Positions 12,248-26,047 of a stretch of 64,000 nucleotides of DNA are shown one piece after another. Numbering within the stretch: position 1 is the stretch's first letter; each line of letters starts with the position of its first letter. Under the pieces are notes generated by a model that was not told the origin of the DNA, ran no database searches, and saw only the letters and a list, made by a program, of their open reading frames with translations. Origin of the DNA: Hydrolagus affinis (lineage: Eukaryota). Position numbers and translations under genes: made by a program. The stretch spans positions 62,001 through 126,000 of the forward strand of contig JAAILG010000002.1 in NCBI GenBank assembly GCA_012026655.1, given 5' to 3'.

Positions 12248-14254
12248 CGCGAGTTACTGAAAGCTGTGAATATACGGCTTTAAAACGCACCTGGAACCTT
12301 TTTCCTGGTTGCGTTGGCGTTCAAGTATGCCGTATCACAGTTGCAAGAAATAGATTTCTACTTGAGATTCCCTACACGACAAGTGGCTGCTCTCAGTAAT
12401 TTGAACGATACGGAATTTACTTGAAGACTGTGTGATTACTGCCTGTCACTCAAAATCTTTCACTTACGTTAAGTAGTCCAATGTGTAGCACTAGTGCTGA
12501 ATACCGTTGAGGCAGTTGGCACTCTGCAGCAACCGTAAGGTATTTTTCCAAGGTGTTTTAGTGGAACTGAAAACTTAGCTGCGCGTACGAAGAGCAGAAA
12601 TTATTTTAAACTCATTTGAACGTGCTCGGAGTTTAATTTCCACACAATTTGTAACTGAATGTTTTCAACAATCCTTAGTATTCCCTGACACTAGCTGCAG
12701 TGCAAAAAACGAACCCTGCAAAATATAATTAATCCCAATGTACATTTTACAGGTCTTATCTGCATTGCATGTCAATTCAACATCCGGGCAAAAATCATAT
12801 GGCAGATGTATTCAAAGAGAAACATTTCAAATGTGGTGTGAAGTAGAATTAAGTATTTATGATTGTAATTGAAAAGAACTCACTCATAAGTGACCAAAGA
12901 AATCTCATGCTGGTGACAGATATAGATTCTACTGAAGTTTTTTTTTAATAAAAGGAGCGAGGACTGAACATAATTAATGTCATTGAGGATGCAGCCAATT
13001 TGCAGGAGACGCAATTTAAATGCAATTGCAGCACAGGAAATTGTGGTGTTGGGAGAAAATGAGGGAAAACGAGATTTCTTCTTACAAAAGTATAACAGAC
13101 TTAACTGAGTCATGCACAGTAATTAGCTAGTGTTTTCACAAGCCCCATTGTGTGGTGCTGGAGTACATGCAGAAATTATGAGCGATAGTACAAAAGGAAA
13201 ATTGACGAAGGCTGTGGTGCTGTTCCCTAGATACTGTTGCATGCACAGAGCTAGACTAAACTTGACTGTAACTTATTACCAAAAAAAAAGAATATTTGTC
13301 ATTAGCCAGGACCGTGTAATCCATAAATAACACTGCTCCAACTCAATACCTGGCTAGGTTTAAAGGGCACAATATGAAACAAAAGGGCTCCCGCAAAAAA
13401 CTATTTTTCCCCCCTGAATTTTCTAATCAGCATGATAATGGAAAATATGTTGTATGAATATTTAGCCTCTTACTTGCAAAGAGTATCACAGAGAACATCA
13501 TAGCAAAGAGTATCACAGAGAACATTCTCAGTGTGCAAATTCCCTCCAGGCTCTCTGAAGGAAGGAGGCAAGAGAGATGGGGATGAACACATTCCCTCTT
13601 GGGCAGGATAAGAACGAGAAATCAATTACGCCCCATGAAAAGCTGAAAAATAATTGTCTAAAGGGTAACCTCAATTTTTATTTGATTAAGAGTAATTTAG
13701 ATCAATTTGAGCTACCTTGGGAACTCTCAAATTAGAAATAATCACAAGCTTTGAAGATTGCATCTTTGGTCTCACCTTTCAAATGACGAAGGCAGTCTTG
13801 CCTTGGTGAGATTTGGTGAGATTGAATAAACAGAGGTGCCAGGCTGATATCATTATTAATTCATCACAAAGTCCATCTAAATCCATTGGTACTATTTGTA
13901 CCATAATGGGAAGTCAATCCCAATTAAAAATTAAGGGCCATTTTCTAATTGTATCATCTAAATGGGAAAATCCGAAACCTTCCACCCAACAGGATCTGCA
14001 AACGTGAATGTAGTGATCAGCTAAGCAGTTCTGTGAATTCTGTTCTGTCAAGTAGTGAATATTAATAGCAAAAAAAAAGTGACAATTATGTTTGAGCAAT
14101 TAAAGAGCCAGCCTGGTTTCTAAGACAAATTTCTCTGCCTTTCGCTTTGGGATTTCTGTTCTTTCAGACCCTGGTCTGTCTCCATTGCTTTGCTAAATCT
14201 ACAGGCTGGTTCTGTGGCCATCTCAGCCATAGATCCAACTTGACTGATAGTCTT

Positions 14255-14420
14255 GATAGCCTGACGCTCCCAATGCATTTCCGGAGGTGCCATCCTTCAG
14301 ATGAGACATTAAACCAAGGTTCCATCTGCCATTTCAGCTGATATTAATGATCCAAAAGTGCCATTGGGAAAGAGAAGCAAGTTAGTCCCATTGTGCTAAC
14401 AAACAATCCTACAGATTAAA
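14255..14420 (+). mobile_element. Deu-domain SINE core fragment
   Basis: cggaggtgccatccttcagatgagacattaaaccaaggttccatctgcc...gatcca is the characteristic Deu core. Confidence 0.75.
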
Positions 14421-15924
14421 AAAAACGATGAATTACTGTTGAGATGTTTGGGTGGGCATTTTGAGCTCTCTCAAATGCAAGAGCCATTACTTCTAATTTG
14501 TGCTGAGTCAGTTTGCTTAGCGAGTCACCTCATTCTAAATCCATTTTGAAACCTTTAAAGGTTCAGCTCCAAGCGTTGTTTAGTTACCTCATCGATAATA
14601 ATGTCTGTAATAAAAAATCTTAACAATCAATCTGGCAGACAATTGTAAAATAAAAATAGAACATAACAAGATGACACTGCTATGTTGATACTGTCACCAT
14701 CATTCACGTAATATAAAAGTAATAACTAAGTAAGCTGAGGAACAGCTGTGTCAAAGCCATCTTGAGAGTACTTTGACCTGGTATACTTGGGAGACACTGT
14801 CTACCTCCGCTAGAGCAATCTCTTGCGTCCCCATACAATAAGCTATAGGAACTTTTCTCAAACAGTGTGCTTACGCCAACAATGTGGATTTATCTTTTTA
14901 TCCTGCAGACGTGAACTGAATCGTAAAATGTTTACACACAAGTGAGCAACTAATCCACAGAACAAAGCATTCACCCAAAGCAACCCACAGACAGTGGGAG
15001 CCAAGCATTTGGTGCTACACGGCATTAGGATATTCTGTCGAGTCCCATGTACGATCGTGGCCTAAAATGAGATTCTGCGTGTGTTTAAAGTGTTACGTTG
15101 TATGCTGCTGCAGATCTGATCATCTAAAGGCACTGAAACTGTAAAGATATATTTTAAAAAATTGAAAAGCATAAGCAATAATTTTTGCAAATATCTGAAA
15201 ATTGTTGTGTGAAGCAGCACTTTATACAATTACATCTGAGTTGTAATTATGTTATATTAAAGTTTGAGTCATTTGAAAAAGCATAGGGAAGTGGAAAATG
15301 GCCCAATAATACTGTACAATGTATAATAGGGTCACGATAAAAAGCATTTATAATGCAATCTAATGAGGAAACTCAATAACCGAAAGTGTTAGCATTGTAA
15401 GGTGGGTTATGGCATCTGAGCAAAGTCAGCCAAAATAAATCAGCATTTAAAATTAACAAAAAAAATCCAGGGGACTGGTAATGAATAAGAGGCTTTCTTC
15501 CGAGATAAAAACACTTGAAGATATTAGGTAGGTACAATCATACATCCACTGAACTATGATAGTTTTGCTATCAATTGATGGCCTCCCACAGAACCCACCA
15601 TCTTCAATTCAAAAAACATTGTAAGACCCTTGAGGACAATTTACAAGCGAGCGCTACCCACTCTCAGTGCAAAACATGCCCTCAGAACAGTAGGTGTTGA
15701 AATGAAAGTTTCTCCCCAAAAGGAAAGGTCATTAGATCGAAGAGAGAACCAGATATGAAAGACAACTTCTTGCAACTGTAGGGGATTAGATTAATGTTGA
15801 GCATCGATAACAGGGAAATCCCATTAGAGTATACATGTCCAATGTTTCAAAGGCCACTTTACAAATGATGCGTGAAAACAATGGCTAACAAACTCATCAT
15901 CACGGATATGTCCTTTACAGAGTA

Positions 15925-16132
15925 ATAATGATAATCCTTCTATTTGATATAGCGCTTTTCACATCTTCTAGACGTCTCAAAGCACTTCACAGAATATACT
16001 GTAAAGTGAATTGACTATGTTTGTGGGCGAAACGCGGCAGCCAATTGAGTGCTGCCAAATACCCGACTGTCCAGCACCTTGCTTCGCCTTCCCGATGTGA
16101 AAGGCACGATGCAAATATCATTTTGTATTGTT
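15925..16132. mobile_element. Minus-strand SINE 3' half (15925-16047) fused head-to-head to a plus-strand L2 tail (about 16065-16132)
   Basis: ataatccttc...gacgtctcaaagcacttcacag...gcagccaattg, then gactgtccagcacctt...ttcccgatgtgaaaggcac. Confidence 0.75.
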
Positions 16133-18285
16133 TGCCCTCTTTGCGCAGGAAATATCTCTTATGTGACTTCCTTCACAAAGTGACATTGTAGCTTCAACAT
16201 TACAGAGTCCGATTCTTCAAACTGCAAGGAACAAATCCTGCTGGTGCAGCTCAGACAGCTTCTCTTCAGTTTATGGAGAAGAAAATATTTTCCAAACGTA
16301 GTTAATGCACAAATATTAGATTAGAGCAAATGATTATAGGTATCATCATTTACAATAAAGGATCCATAATCATTTCAGTCCAATGAATGTTATTAAGACA
16401 GGGGTTATGAAGTAGAGAAGGAATTACAGCTAATGCAGCTTTATGAGTCCTACAGGATCAATTTGTGGCACAACTTCTAAGTGAAAGAGCCAAGTGTAGA
16501 CATTCACGCACCACAGTTATTTTTAATTCTTTACGCCCACACATTTCCCTAAAGGTGTCTGGAAGAATTTAAAGGCATCCTTCAGTTTAATTTGCTCCTT
16601 ATCTCTTTGGAAAGCAAACCATTAGAACGCATAGTAGTTCCTTTAAAGGGACCCGTCACCAAGACATAGTGTCCCTAGTGGGCACGTTTAAATGCCTGAA
16701 GCTTCTCCAATAAAACAAACTATTCTGCTTTAGTATTGGGTGAAGTACATAAACCAAATTCTTACTGTAAAGCAGTCTTCATAAGTATCCATTGGTCTTT
16801 TAATATAAAAGGTAAAACAATGGTTTTCCTACAAAACAGTCACCATATTTGATGGTAATTACCTGGAAGTGGTTTTGATATGTTGACGTGATAAGGAGCT
16901 ATTAAAATGCAGGTTCCTCTTTTTTCATAAAATAATTTTATCTAGTTATTAACTTCTTTGGAGGGTAATCTATTCCTCATATCTACGCTCTGTGAGGGAA
17001 GAAGCAATTTCTCGTCTGCCTTCATGCCACATTTAGTTAATTAACTCGTGTATTAAATGTCACTGGTCTGACCACAGAGAGATTTGGTGAAATGACTCCA
17101 TTTACAGGGTTGATGAAGGAAACCATGTGAATGCAGCCAATCCACCAACAGGAACCAATGCTTTTGGTTCAGTTCTTGAGCACAAAAACGTTCAAAGGAA
17201 AGTTAAAACGGGTTCTCCAAATGTAATGTTTCTCTTCAACAGATGATATCCAAAATATAATGGATAAGTTGTTGCGAGTAACAGCTTCCTTTGGGTTTCC
17301 TTTTAAGGTGTCCATTAACTGGCAAACAGGAACAAAGCATCACCGAAAGATTTTAAGGTGAAGTGCTACAGTGGTCATGTCATACCGCTCCTCCAAGTTC
17401 AAAGAGCTTGAAAGAAATAGATCAACTTCAAAACATTTTTTAAAAAATTATTCATTGTGCTGCATGCATTTAATTTTTTTTTACTAATTAAATCAAAGTT
17501 TGGTTGTGGCATTCACTTTCTGAAGCTCCAAAGGCACTTTTTACAAAACAAAAAAGAATAAATTGACTCAAATGAAATATTTATTTCGAACCTTTAGGTC
17601 CAGGACCATCAAAAGGGCTTTGAAGTTATCAACGTTGGAATTGATTAAACTGGGCCCAATAACTGTTAAACAGTAACGTTATGCAGGATTTTTATTTTAA
17701 GATCAGATAATAAAGTAAAACTCACTTTCATTTGAAGTGGTTGAGAACAAAGCACAAACATTATTACCAGGTATTAAAATATGAATATCCAATATTTGCC
17801 TAATAAGTAAAGGCACGATCATTGCACTGCCGTAATAATAATACCTACATTTGATGTAGCTCCTAATTACAACTTTGAGACATAACAAGTACTGAGGCTC
17901 AAGTACTGAGTGCACATAGGATGAGATCCCACTCTATGATGGGGTAACTGATTCAACCAGCAGTTGGCATGCTATGTTGTGTGCCCCAGTATTTGGGGAA
18001 GGGGGCTCAGTGGAAGAGAGAAAAATGAGCTTGCTATTCTCAATTGCTACTGCAGTGACCTCTACTGGAAAATGCAAATGTTGGAATGAGAGTAGGATTG
18101 ATTTGGGCTCTTAATATCCATAGTCTGCCATATTCACCTCGCTCAATAGGTTCAAGAGCAAATGAGGAAAGGTCAATAGAGAGGTGTTGGAGACTTGTCA
18201 TCGGTGATAGAAACACAGCCAGGATGTAAGGTACATCTTCCAGCAAGCAAGAACAAAATGTAAATTGGCACAAAAAAAACATATA

Positions 18286-18654
18286 TAGTAAAAGCCCGTT
18301 GATCCATGACCCGATCAACCGGATTGCGCGACCCCCTCCGAGGGCAATTCTCCATTCCAGCAATCGCGAGTATGCTCACTTTGCGAATGCACACTTATTA
18401 AACTTACGAACTCTGGGTTTTTAACCGATCGGTAAAAAAAATGCTGTTTTACCGATCATTTTACCAAGTGTGTTGGAATCTGTATTGGTAAGTATCCATA
18501 TGATATTCTATTACTATTTAGTATATTATTAATATGGTATGTTTTAAAATAGGTAAATTTTTTGTGTTAGGTTTTCGGCAACTTGCCGCCCAATTATCCG
18601 ACACAGTCAATTAGTCGACCCCCCAGAGGGTGCTGGATAAACGGGCTTTTACTG
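18286..18654. mobile_element. Non-autonomous Tc1/mariner (pogo/Tigger-like) MITE, 369 bp
   Basis: TA|tagtaaaagcccgttgatcc ... ggataaacgggcttttactg|TA. Terminal inverted repeats shared with the copies at 25.8 and 43.9 kb. Confidence 0.85.
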
Positions 18655-18656
18655 TA

Positions 18657-18689
<33 letters not shown>

Positions 18690-18690
18690 G
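18655..18690. repeat. (TG)n(TA)n microsatellite starting at the MITE TA target site
   Basis: tatgtgtgtgtatatatatata... Confidence 0.9.
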
Positions 18691-21419
18691 AATAGCCTGT
18701 GAACAATGAGTGAATTTAACGGCATAAGAAAAACCAATTTTTACTACATTGAGCTTTGAGAGCCCTTGAGAAAGTAGTACACAGTCTTATGTTGTGTGTT
18801 TTTATATACAAAAGCCCTACACATGGTGTGCGCCATATGCATTTACAAGATGGAATGTATTATTATTATTGAGGCTTTGAGGGAAAATGAAAGGCTTGCA
18901 ATCTGCTAAAATTCTGCTAAAATATTTCTAATTAATTCACTGCCAAACAGAGCCAATTATCGTCTCATTGACTTCACAATGGATCTCCATCTTTCACACG
19001 CCAAATCAACAACTTGATTTTAGTTACAGTATTTTCATCTTCATGTGCACAGTCACTACACTCTACAGCAAATCCCACACATTGACAACAACGTGATACG
19101 GCACTTTTGTAATTGGTTTGGCAACAACAACACACTTGATTCAAACTTTCTACCATTGCCCATTCCGAAAGGCATCCCAATTCTGAAACCATTAAGTGCT
19201 GCAGACCCAAAAAGTCCCCATGAAGCCACTTATTGGCCAGTTATGCCAGAGGAACTTATTCATTTCAGTGCCATTCACAAACCCGAGCAACATGAGAGTG
19301 AAAAGTATTCACTTCTCTCTTGCCCTGATCACAGCACAAGTGAAGGAGAAAACTGGACAAGCAACACAGTGCAGATACAGAGCTAAGATAATGACAGCTG
19401 AAAGTCAAGGAATCCTATAGGGAGATCGGATGTTATTTTAAGAATGGACCACCCAATCGACCACCCGGAATCTTTCAATGTTAAATCAACCCTGATTTAC
19501 CGGCCAGAATGTGAAATTAATAGTGAACAAAAAAAAGTCACTTTAAATTCGGGTCAGCAGAAACATTCCTTTTATCGTTGCAAATCTACCGCATCTCAAA
19601 GCTAAAATGCAGACTTTTTCCTGCAAACACTTATTTTGCTGACCACTGAATTAAACCAAAGCTCATTGTGAGGTCAGACAGCATTTCATCTCAAGTACAG
19701 AGAGACTTACTAAGTCATCGGGCCAGATTCATAACCACATTAAGTATATTTCTTGGAGTTGTCTTTCCTCAATAATTACAGAAACTAATAAAGGTTTGCC
19801 CACATTTTACCAGTCCCTGATTCAGTTGCATTTGTTCAGCATTAATTTTTATACTGGACTAATTCCAGAGACACAATGTTACAGTAATTCCCTGTCGTGA
19901 CTACACAGTCCTTTTGCAATGGAAGTTTTAATTACAATTTAGCTTGGCCCCAGACATTTGAGAAATTCTAATATGCATAATTAAAGTATCACAATAATTA
20001 AAAATGGGATTACATCGCAAAATGCTGCTGTGTCATCTCTGCCTCCTTACTGCATTAATAGTCCAGTGCAAATTGAAAGAGATTAAGATTAAATATGAAA
20101 TTTATGCCAGAACAGAGAAAGAGAAACACAGCTCCCCAAAGAGCTTTTATAATTCCTCAAATTCCCAGGAGGGAACAATGACTGCACTGGATGATCAATA
20201 GAGCTCATATGTTCCAATTTAATCTTCGCAGCATATGCACACTAGCCCTAATTGATCTCGTTTTACTAATCTAACCAGTCTGGGTGCCAATCTGTCTGGC
20301 CTAAACTGCCCAGCATTGAAAGACGTTATACTTCTGTCCCCGGAATGAGAAATAATACTATTTGCAGCCATAATAGGAATGCTGACATGCAAGAACAGGC
20401 AGTAAATTACTGCCTGCCCTTGTGGTAGAATTGTATACTATGGAGCTTGCTTGTGTTATTAAGATCAATTCTTCATTTTGTTTCTCCACTTGACGGCTGG
20501 ATTTCACATTCTCACCTGAATGGAGCATTACTGAGTTGATGTGTTTTGTAGACAATAGTATCTGCAAATATGAAATTCTGCCCTTTGGTCCTCTGAACCT
20601 GGAGCTCAGACAACTCTGCAGAAATGAAGCAAGTGCTTTGCCGAGATGGAGGCCGTCGGGTTAAATAAGTATCTATTCGCACATTATGAAGTGCTTTTTT
20701 TCTTTTTAAAAAAAAACATTTATTACCGGTCAACACCCACCTCTGCCATAGATCTGGTTGCTGTCTCTGCAGATCCTACGGAAATGTTTACAGCAATAGG
20801 ATTTAAGATTTAAAAAAATATATATTAAAAAAAAAGAAAATCAGGGAACCTAAAATGGAATTTATTTGCTGCAAGGACGATGCGGGTACAGCATTCACTG
20901 ATTCACGGAAGTCTGAATGAACAATGAGAGGGAGCAGAATGCATGTTAAATGCTTTGGCTAAAGGTTGTTATCCTAAGAGATTGGCAACATTCAGTCACC
21001 CTGGAGTATGTCTTTCTTCACATCCTTACCCAGAAGAATACTTCCTTGCCAGGTGAGAGATGTTTAGACCCACGTCCAAAAAGCTTCCTAACAAGTCGCC
21101 TTGCCTCTGTCTCATCCACTTGCAGGTGTAATTGACTGAAACAATCTGGCCTTTTGAAAGTTGGGCGACACGACCCTAACCGAAAAAGAGACTAAAATAG
21201 ATGCATTCGTTTTAAGACTCTGAAAGCAGCACAATTATCTGCAAATTTTCTAAAGAAAAACAACGGCTTGTCTCGAAACGGAAAGGTATTCTGACTGGAT
21301 ACCCTCGCCGCTGGGAATGGGATAATACAATTTGGGTCAAACCATGTCGCTGCATGTAAACACTGTGTTACTTGTAACGACACTGCGACTGAAATGTTAT
21401 TTGGACGGTGGCCCTTGTC

Positions 21420-21565
21420 GTTGGGTAAACGAGCGAAAGGAATAGGGTTGAGGTATGGGCTGAGGAGAATCCAGTGGAGGGAGGCTCATGTATAATATAA
21501 ACACAGACACAGACTAGTTGATTGAACTGCATTTCAGTGCTGTAGGTTCTGTAGAATTCAATGTA
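21420..21565 (+). mobile_element. Old CR1-type LINE 3' end remnant
   Basis: ggaggctcatgtataatataaacacagacacagactagttgattgaactgcatttcagtgctgtaggttctgtag resembles shark CR1 3' UTR ends as recalled. Confidence 0.45.
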
Positions 21566-23774
21566 GCACTCGACTACTCAGAGGCCTGAGTTCACCACAA
21601 TACTGTAATGCTACTCTTGACAAAATGCAGCCTTCACAGATTTTAAACCTTTACAGCAGGACAGCTATCTCATTCTAAGTGATTTGAATATTTCAACAGA
21701 CGGGGGTACTGGATACTGGTGAGCAAATGGCTCGTCAGGATCGGAAAATATGTGACTTCCAAGTTATCTTTCAAGGCAGACTGTGAGAATCCCACAGTGA
21801 TAGCAATAAATACTCTGCTGACAAAGCCACGCAACAGCACTTAATTTGTGAAGGATGGTGACTGTAGCTTCACGCTGTGAGCTAACCGTTTTAAAGGTTC
21901 GCTACTGGGTGCAATAATTTGCGAGGCAGAATGAAATAAATGACCTCACAGCAGCCTGGAAAACAACTGTATTCATTCTTTGCGCATCACAATTTCCCCT
22001 TCATTCAGAAAAGCGATAGGATTATGAATCCCAATAACTTCTGATACAATCATCTTCGCTTCTTTTTCTCTGGCAAATTTAACTTGTGTCCCATCTACCT
22101 CTAAATACCACTGCTCTTTGAAACCGAGAAAACAAAGGTAACAATGGCCCAAGTTCCAATTTGCACAGCACGCCAGCCAAAAATAAAGTAAATCCTGGCT
22201 TAATGACAATAAGGTTCATTAATTAACGTTTAAGCCTTTGGACCAGTTTCCCTGCAGCTACATCTTGTTCACGGTATTTCGATAGCATCAAGTTAACAGC
22301 CCAATTACAGCATGGAATCCATAGAAGGCACAACCTGAAATATCTGACACTGGCCATCAATTGAACAAAATTACCTATCATAGCAAAGCGAGGGTTGAAG
22401 ATGAACTGGAAGAAAAAAAAACTGATTAGTAAGCCTCACTGATACACATGAATAAAAAGAAAAAGAATAACAGCTGTCTAAAAGATGCAGAATGACTTAT
22501 TCATGACACACATTTCAGACTTCAGTTGTGTTTTAATGTTCAGACAAGTGGTATCCCCACAATCATACCAGGCGAGCTAGCTGTCAGTAACTCTTTGGAA
22601 ATATCCAATTGACATTAAGACAGGGAAAACATAGGTGGTTTGATTTTTTAATTAAATGTTAATAAGCCAGCCAGCTAGGCTTTCAGCAGCTTCACACCGG
22701 CCGTGACAAGTGAAAGCATTTTATCATTTTCTGAGAAAGATTAGTGCCCCATTTACATCACAGAACAGGTCAGGAAATAGCTTTTGGATGCTGACTGGAG
22801 CTCCAGGTGGTATGAAAGCTACCCATTTACAGCCCCACTCAGCTTAATGAGCTAACTGCAGAAGCAGTGTTTCAGACGAAAGGAAGCGCCATTATTATTT
22901 CGAGAAAGTTATTGCTAAATTCTCCAACCATCTTTGGGGGTTGCGAAATTTGATAGGCCAAACCAAACAGATGCCACCAATAACTGCTGGCTTCAACAGC
23001 AACGTTCGTTTATATAGAGTTCCCTCATGCGAGGTGGCGTTCCCAGAGCGTGTCAGGTATCACTGGCCTGGGAAAGAATGATTTTTTTTTGGGGGGGGGG
23101 GGGGTTTGCATGTGTGCATAAACTAGCTTCCACGTTCCAGCATCAAAAGTTAACCGCCAGCCTCAGTACAATTGCAACCAGTTTGATTTGAAAGACTTTT
23201 CAAATACGCCCGTCCATAAACTAAATGTTGCATTATATTGCAGAATGTTTCCCACGACATTGAATCCTCATTTAAATTGCTTGTGTGCAGCGGTTTCAAT
23301 TTTTACAATGACTATCTTATTTATCTCAGTGGCTGGAAAGAGTAATGAGAAAGATTGGTTTGTTGGCCTGTACAGGAAATATTGTTAGTATATATAGATA
23401 TGCGGGATTTTGTTGTTCCCTGTTTAAGACTACTTTTTAAGGCAGTCATCCTAAAACGTTAGAATTAAATCATTAAATCCAATATAGTATTACTCCATCT
23501 AACCTCAATGCCACCAACTTTGGAGCTGCTTTTTTTTTTGCAGTGAAGTCAATGGAATGCCAGCAAAACATATTCTAGGGCAAAAAAAAGCATAAATTAA
23601 AGTTAATCCCCTAAATGCAACGTTCAAAGTTAATTAAGTTCCCATAGTTAAAAAAAGGTTTACGTAGAGTCGGTTCACTGAAAGTTGAACTGCACACATG
23701 GCATTCTCTCCGCACACACAATGTACTTTCAAAACAGTTAATGTGACTCAATCAGATAAATGTGATTTGCCGTT

Positions 23775-23980
23775 GGATCTTTACAGGCTGAATGGGTAGT
23801 CGGGACATTGGTTTAACCTCTCATCGGAAGGGCGGCAAGTCTTAACAATTCACCACATACCCAGCACTGTATTCAAGTAACAGCCGAGACTGTAGGGAGT
23901 TCAAATTCTCAATGTGGGTGCTTCAACTCACAGCCTTCCGACGTACAGGCAATAGTGCTCCCTTCTGAGCCGGCCTGACC
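23775..23980 (-). mobile_element. Deu-domain SINE (head plus core), decayed
   Basis: ggtttaacctctcatcggaagggcggca is the reverse complement of the Deu core. It is followed by the reverse complement of the head (aactcacagccttccgac...agtgctcccttctgagcc). Confidence 0.7.
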
Positions 23981-24524
23981 TTCTCCATAGTCTTTTCCAA
24001 ATCATCATGAATAAATCAACGCCCAATGCCACTGGGAGAAGGAACAATCTCCCAGCGATAATTGAAAGTTCATTCATGCCATCAACGTGTACCCTCCGGG
24101 TCTTTGATTAGCCACAAAGTGACCAAATGTGAGCATTGCTCCTCCATGTCAGAAAATCCCATTTCCTTCCTCCCCTTGGTCAGAATAAGATAATGTTTCA
24201 AGAAACACACGTCCATTCAAGGGCTAATTTCAACCCTGTCACTATTGAGTCAGACGACAGACTATTCTTAAATCCGAAAAGAAACCAATCGTTAGTTTTG
24301 CAATTACGTGCCTGCGTTCTAATCCTTTAATTTTTTTTTATACAAGTACTGCATAGACGGTGAAACAGACAGCATACGGACATCATAATACCAGGGTGCG
24401 CCTACTCTATTTAAAAAGCACACGGCGCAGTTCCCTGAATACCACACTCAATCACTTTGAGAAATTTTTATATGAAAGGCCATCAGAATCGCGCAGGCGT
24501 AATCCTTTATAGGCAAACATAGTA

Positions 24525-24625
24525 ACAATAACTAATACTGGCATTTGACATTGCGCCTCATCATGTTGAGACATCTCAAAGGGCTTCACAGAATATGCTG
24601 TGAAGTGAAGGGACTGTGTATTTCT
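24525..24625 (-). mobile_element. SINE 3' tail fragment
   Basis: gcatttgacattgcgcc...gagacatctcaaagggcttcacagaatatgctgtgaagtg. Confidence 0.7.
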
Positions 24626-24873
24626 GGACATTATTATCCACAGAAAGCGATCCGCCAATCGACTAACAAGCGACTTTCTACTCACGGCCTAAAGTTTCCC
24701 CCCCACCTATCGCTTGCTATTGTGAGTGCTAACCACAACGTTACAGGACTTCATGGTTAGACTCTAGTAGTTACCCCAACGCACGTGCCAAACCTTGTGA
24801 ACAATGATAATTATAACATGGAGGTGATTTGCATCAACAAAGTCCCACATACGGTGAATGGACAATTTCTCTA

Positions 24874-25188
24874 GATATCATAGTTCACCGGTTAAGAGCA
24901 CTCGCCTTACAAGCGAGAGACCTGGGTTCAATTCCAGGCAGGTCAGGGCGAAACCTTGGGCAAATATCCTTACCCCACACACCTAATAATAATCCCTCAA
25001 AAAAACAATAATAAATTGGTCATTTCAATCCACGACTGTTTGTGGGACACTGCTGCACGCAATTGGCTGCTGCGTTTCGTCCACATATACACAGTCAATT
25101 CACTTTACAGTATATTGTGTGAAGCGCTTTGAGACGTCTAGAAGACATGAAAAGCATTACAATCAAATGCAAGGATTATTCTTATTAT
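24874..25188 (+). mobile_element. Full-length tRNA-derived SINE
   Basis: agagcactcgccttacaagcgagagacctgggttcaattcc head, complete body, aggattattcttattat tail. Confidence 0.92.
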
Positions 25189-25849
25189 ATGTTGGTGGGT
25201 AGATCATAAAAAATATCCTTCTCAAGTCCTGACATGGGGTTTGAAGCTACAGGCAAGAACAGTACCTCTTGAGCCCAAATCCTGACACACTATATAGACA
25301 TACGATGAACATTACATACATAAACATTACCCTAGGATAGATATTACCCTATGCGAAGGGCACTTTATAAATGCAAGTTACTGTTATTTGTTACTTCACA
25401 GCAGGAACCAAAGTGGACGTACTGACTTAACCTTTTTGTATTGCAAGATTGAATGGATCTTTTCTGTATCTAACCTCCTGGAAATCTTTTTGACTGCTTT
25501 TTATAAGTGATCAACTTAAAGGCACCTCCTTGCTTTCAGAACGATTCAGACCATTACAAAGATCAGACACACCATCTGGTACGTGACAAGAGTTTAGTAC
25601 AGTGTAACGTTACCTCACACTCACGGACCTAATAGCAATCCCTTTCCTAGAAGCCACAAAGCCAACTCCCAGAGGTGAATATTCTTAATCTGAAGTTATG
25701 TTAGGTTGGAATTGTTACTGAAAATGACATGGAACTGGTTGTTGGGAGGTTGGGGGGGTGGGGCTGGAAAGGAAAGGACACAAAAGCGAAGAGAGACAGA
25801 GACCAAAGATACAGAGAAACCTAAGTCAGAAACAATACGTACCCGGGTA

Positions 25850-26047
25850 CAGTAAATGCCCGTTTATCCAGCACCTTCGGGACCCGGCCAATGCCGATTA
25901 AAGCGCGTGCCGGATATTCGGACAAAAACGCAAAAAAATATATATTTATAAATTCCGGTTAATCGAATGCAGACCTCTTTTTTTTTTGATGTGCCGGTTA
26001 AACAGAAGCTACAGTTGATCGGGTGCTGGATAAACGGGCTTTTACTG
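25850..26047. mobile_element. Tc1/mariner (pogo/Tigger-like) MITE, 198 bp
   Basis: TA|cagtaaatgcccgtttatccagcacc ... ggtgctggataaacgggcttttactg|TA; about 26-bp TIRs with TA target duplication. Confidence 0.92.
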
